Shown here piece by piece: positions 55,081-57,051 of a stretch of DNA of 57,051 nucleotides. Numbering within the stretch: position 1 is the first letter of the stretch; every line of letters begins with the position of its first letter. Where the stretch lies: positions 1 through 57,051 of the IMG/VR virus record IMGVR_UViG_3300048031_000576, one strand, 5' to 3'. A program made the position numbers and the translations under genes. The DNA comes from a virus (lineage: Duplodnaviria > Caudoviricetes). The notes beneath the pieces were generated by a model that had not been told where the DNA came from, did no database searches, and saw nothing but the letters and a program-made list of their open reading frames with translations.

Positions 55081-56868
55081 TTATACCCTTGACGTGTTTG
55101 ACCTCTTGATGCGGGGATGTTCGATGCGGGACGCCTCCGTCCGGCGAGCCCCCATCTCCTCGCGGCTCAACGGCTCCACGATGTGATCCTGCCACCGTGG
55201 AGTCAGCCAGTATTCCTTCCCGCCGTTCTCTCGGGCGAGCGTCCGATGGCGTCGGAGTTGGTCGATCTTCAGACTGTCCACGAACCGTCCGTACTCGCGG
55301 AGTGCCCGAACCTGCTCGGCGTGATCCGGCTCCACATTCCACCCCCGCGACGGAACGGTGTCCTGAAGGTATGTGGTGACCGGAATACCCCACGCCGGAT
55401 GGTTGGGGACAACGATAGGCAGGCGACCACCCCGGTCCATCCGTTTCATGTATCCGAGACGGTCCAGTTCGGCGGTGAACTTAGCCACCGCTGCACGATA
55501 CCGCTTCGGGTCGTTCTGTCGGAGGTAGTAGAACCAACGTGAGGGTGTCCACACACCGCCAAGGTACAAACCAGAAGGTTGAGTCAACGACTCACGAGCC
55601 GTGAAGACAGTGAAGTATTTGCGAAGCACGTCTCCCATGGAACCCTGCCACCGTGTCCCCCTTCTATCTACCTCCCCCTCAATACTTTCCACCCCCTTCA
55701 AGAAGCGGTCAACCTCATCCCCGAGACGATTCTCAAACTCTATGTCGCGGCTCTCATGGGGGATGCGCTGGTCAACCCACCGCTGTTCCTGCTCGTCCCA
55801 CCGCGTCCATTCTTTGCCTGCCGGGGTTCCCTGCACATCTGCCTCAGAAGGGTCGGTCAGTCCGGGGTGACCTGCATCGTCGGGGAGCGTGAGCAGTTCC
55901 TTGAGCAAAGACTGTGCGTAGTGCTTCATCTCGTGAGCGACCACGCGGTCAAGTTCGCGTAGTGACTGCTTGAACTGGTCGGTCTTCACAGACCCCTGCC
56001 TTCCCATCAAGGACTCGACTGACCAGTATCCACTCAAACCCGCAAACACGATCTCCCACTTGTGGGATGACCAATACGCATGGAACCCTCCAGTCGAGTC
56101 ATTACGCAATCCCGTGTCCTGCGGGTCGAACTTCATCTTCAGTGTTTTGCGGGGCTGCATAGCGGCTTCAAGTCGTGACCGCTCGGCCTCGTCGGGAACA
56201 CGACGCTCCCACAACTTCCACCCTGTGAGGTCCATCTTGCAGAGGGTTTCATTGAAAGAAGCACCCTTGGACAACAGGTTGGCGTTGGCCTTGCGTGTAT
56301 TGACAGCCTGCGTGACTTCGCTCTTGAAGTCGTTGAGCGCCGCGACCTTCTCCTCGACGTGCGAGACCACATCTCTCATAAGGGTAGTCCCGAAGGTGTA
56401 TGACTCTCCCATCTTGGACCGGATTCCGGGGTACATCCCCCCACTGAACTCAATGCCATCCATCGAGAACGTGCGGTCCACTTCCCACTCAGTACGAACG
56501 TCGCCGTAGTATTCTCTCCCCACAGCCGTGTAGCGGATCACCCGCTTTCGGATCTGAGCGTACAAGACGTTACGTTGAGCGGGCAGGTGGTAGACCAGCA
56601 GGTCAAAGGACTCACCCCTCTCCTCTGCCCTTGCCGCCGCCTCGACGGAGGCTTCCTGCTCGCGGAGCATCTTGCGAGCCTTCCGCAAACGAGCCTTCTG
56701 GCTACGCTCCTTCTTCTGGATCTCCTTCAGAACGCCCGAGCCCCAACGGGAAACGAAGAAGTACCGGGCAGCATCCAGTATTGCTGGGGGCGGTTCAAAG
56801 AGGGCAGCGTCCAGATACCGGGAAGCCACACGGCGGGATGAAGGTCGGCGGAACATGGGTGTCTCCAT
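55081..56868 (-). CDS. RVASRY-tagged zincin metallopeptidase-like protein (start 56868 or 56856)
   Basis: PSSRRVASRYL at the N-terminus; VAHEMKHYAQ...DIEFE. Confidence 0.75.
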   Translation of the reverse strand: METPMFRRPSSRRVASRYLDAALFEPPPAILDAARYFFVSRWGSGVLKEIQKKERSQKARLRKARKMLREQEASVEAAARAEERGESFDLLVYHLPAQRNVLYAQIRKRVIRYTAVGREYYGDVRTEWEVDRTFSMDGIEFSGGMYPGIRSKMGESYTFGTTLMRDVVSHVEEKVAALNDFKSEVTQAVNTRKANANLLSKGASFNETLCKMDLTGWKLWERRVPDEAERSRLEAAMQPRKTLKMKFDPQDTGLRNDSTGGFHAYWSSHKWEIVFAGLSGYWSVESLMGRQGSVKTDQFKQSLRELDRVVAHEMKHYAQSLLKELLTLPDDAGHPGLTDPSEADVQGTPAGKEWTRWDEQEQRWVDQRIPHESRDIEFENRLGDEVDRFLKGVESIEGEVDRRGTRWQGSMGDVLRKYFTVFTARESLTQPSGLYLGGVWTPSRWFYYLRQNDPKRYRAAVAKFTAELDRLGYMKRMDRGGRLPIVVPNHPAWGIPVTTYLQDTVPSRGWNVEPDHAEQVRALREYGRFVDSLKIDQLRRHRTLARENGGKEYWLTPRWQDHIVEPLSREEMGARRTEASRIEHPRIKRSNTSRV

Positions 56869-56882
56869 GTCCGTGGTTCAGC

Positions 56883-56897
56883 ATAGCCATGCTACCG
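56883..56897 (-). promoter_or_regulatory. Putative late promoter
   Basis: Minus strand CGGTA gcatgg CTAT. Confidence 0.6.
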
Positions 56898-57025
56898 ACG
56901 CTCAAGAAGTTGGTGGCCGAGGCGGAAGGTTGATCTCAGCCATCACCGAGGCGTTGATCTCGGCTATGCGAGGGTCGTCGCCCCTTGATCTCAGGGATGA
57001 CCTGACCCCCCTCCAGCCTCGACCT

Positions 57026-57040
57026 CGGTAGCCAGCCTAT
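57026..57040 (+). promoter_or_regulatory. Putative late promoter for a gene beyond the window
   Basis: CGGTA gccagc CTAT. Confidence 0.5.
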
Positions 57041-57051
57041 TGCTTTCGTAA

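Noticed and set aside
1-57051. Stop-codon reassignment, tRNA/rRNA genes, introns or inteins
   Set aside because: Long genes are intact under code 11 and end in TAA, TAG and TGA; no such elements were recognised by eye

Overview
GC-rich (about 60% by eye) segment of a large tailed dsDNA phage, probably a myovirus. It has baseplate gp25-like and J-like genes, very large virion/tail proteins including a beta-helix spike, and a replication block (SNF2, DnaC-like, DnaB, CHC2 zinc finger, family-A DNA polymerase, pyrimidine-dimer glycosylase-like gene, metallophosphoesterase). The most striking signal is two minus-strand arrays (9087-11319, 12 genes; 19811-21746, 11 genes) of tiny, translationally coupled ORFs built from a shuffled vocabulary of 12-nt Ala-Val-X-X 'words'. 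Each ORF is joined to the next by a conserved RBS/stop/start cassette, and both arrays lie downstream of the same promoter-like motif. Second, six otherwise unrelated proteins (ADP-ribosyltransferase-like, GNAT, zincin, SWIM and RNase-like domains) share a short (R/K/A)VAxR(Y/W) tag, and four of their genes sit directly behind a CGGTA-N6-CTAT motif also found before structural genes. This suggests a tagged, head-packaged, injected effector cargo. Several of those promoters overlap hairpins that would hide the RBS or start codon in read-through transcripts. All family assignments come from motif recognition by eye; no searches were run.
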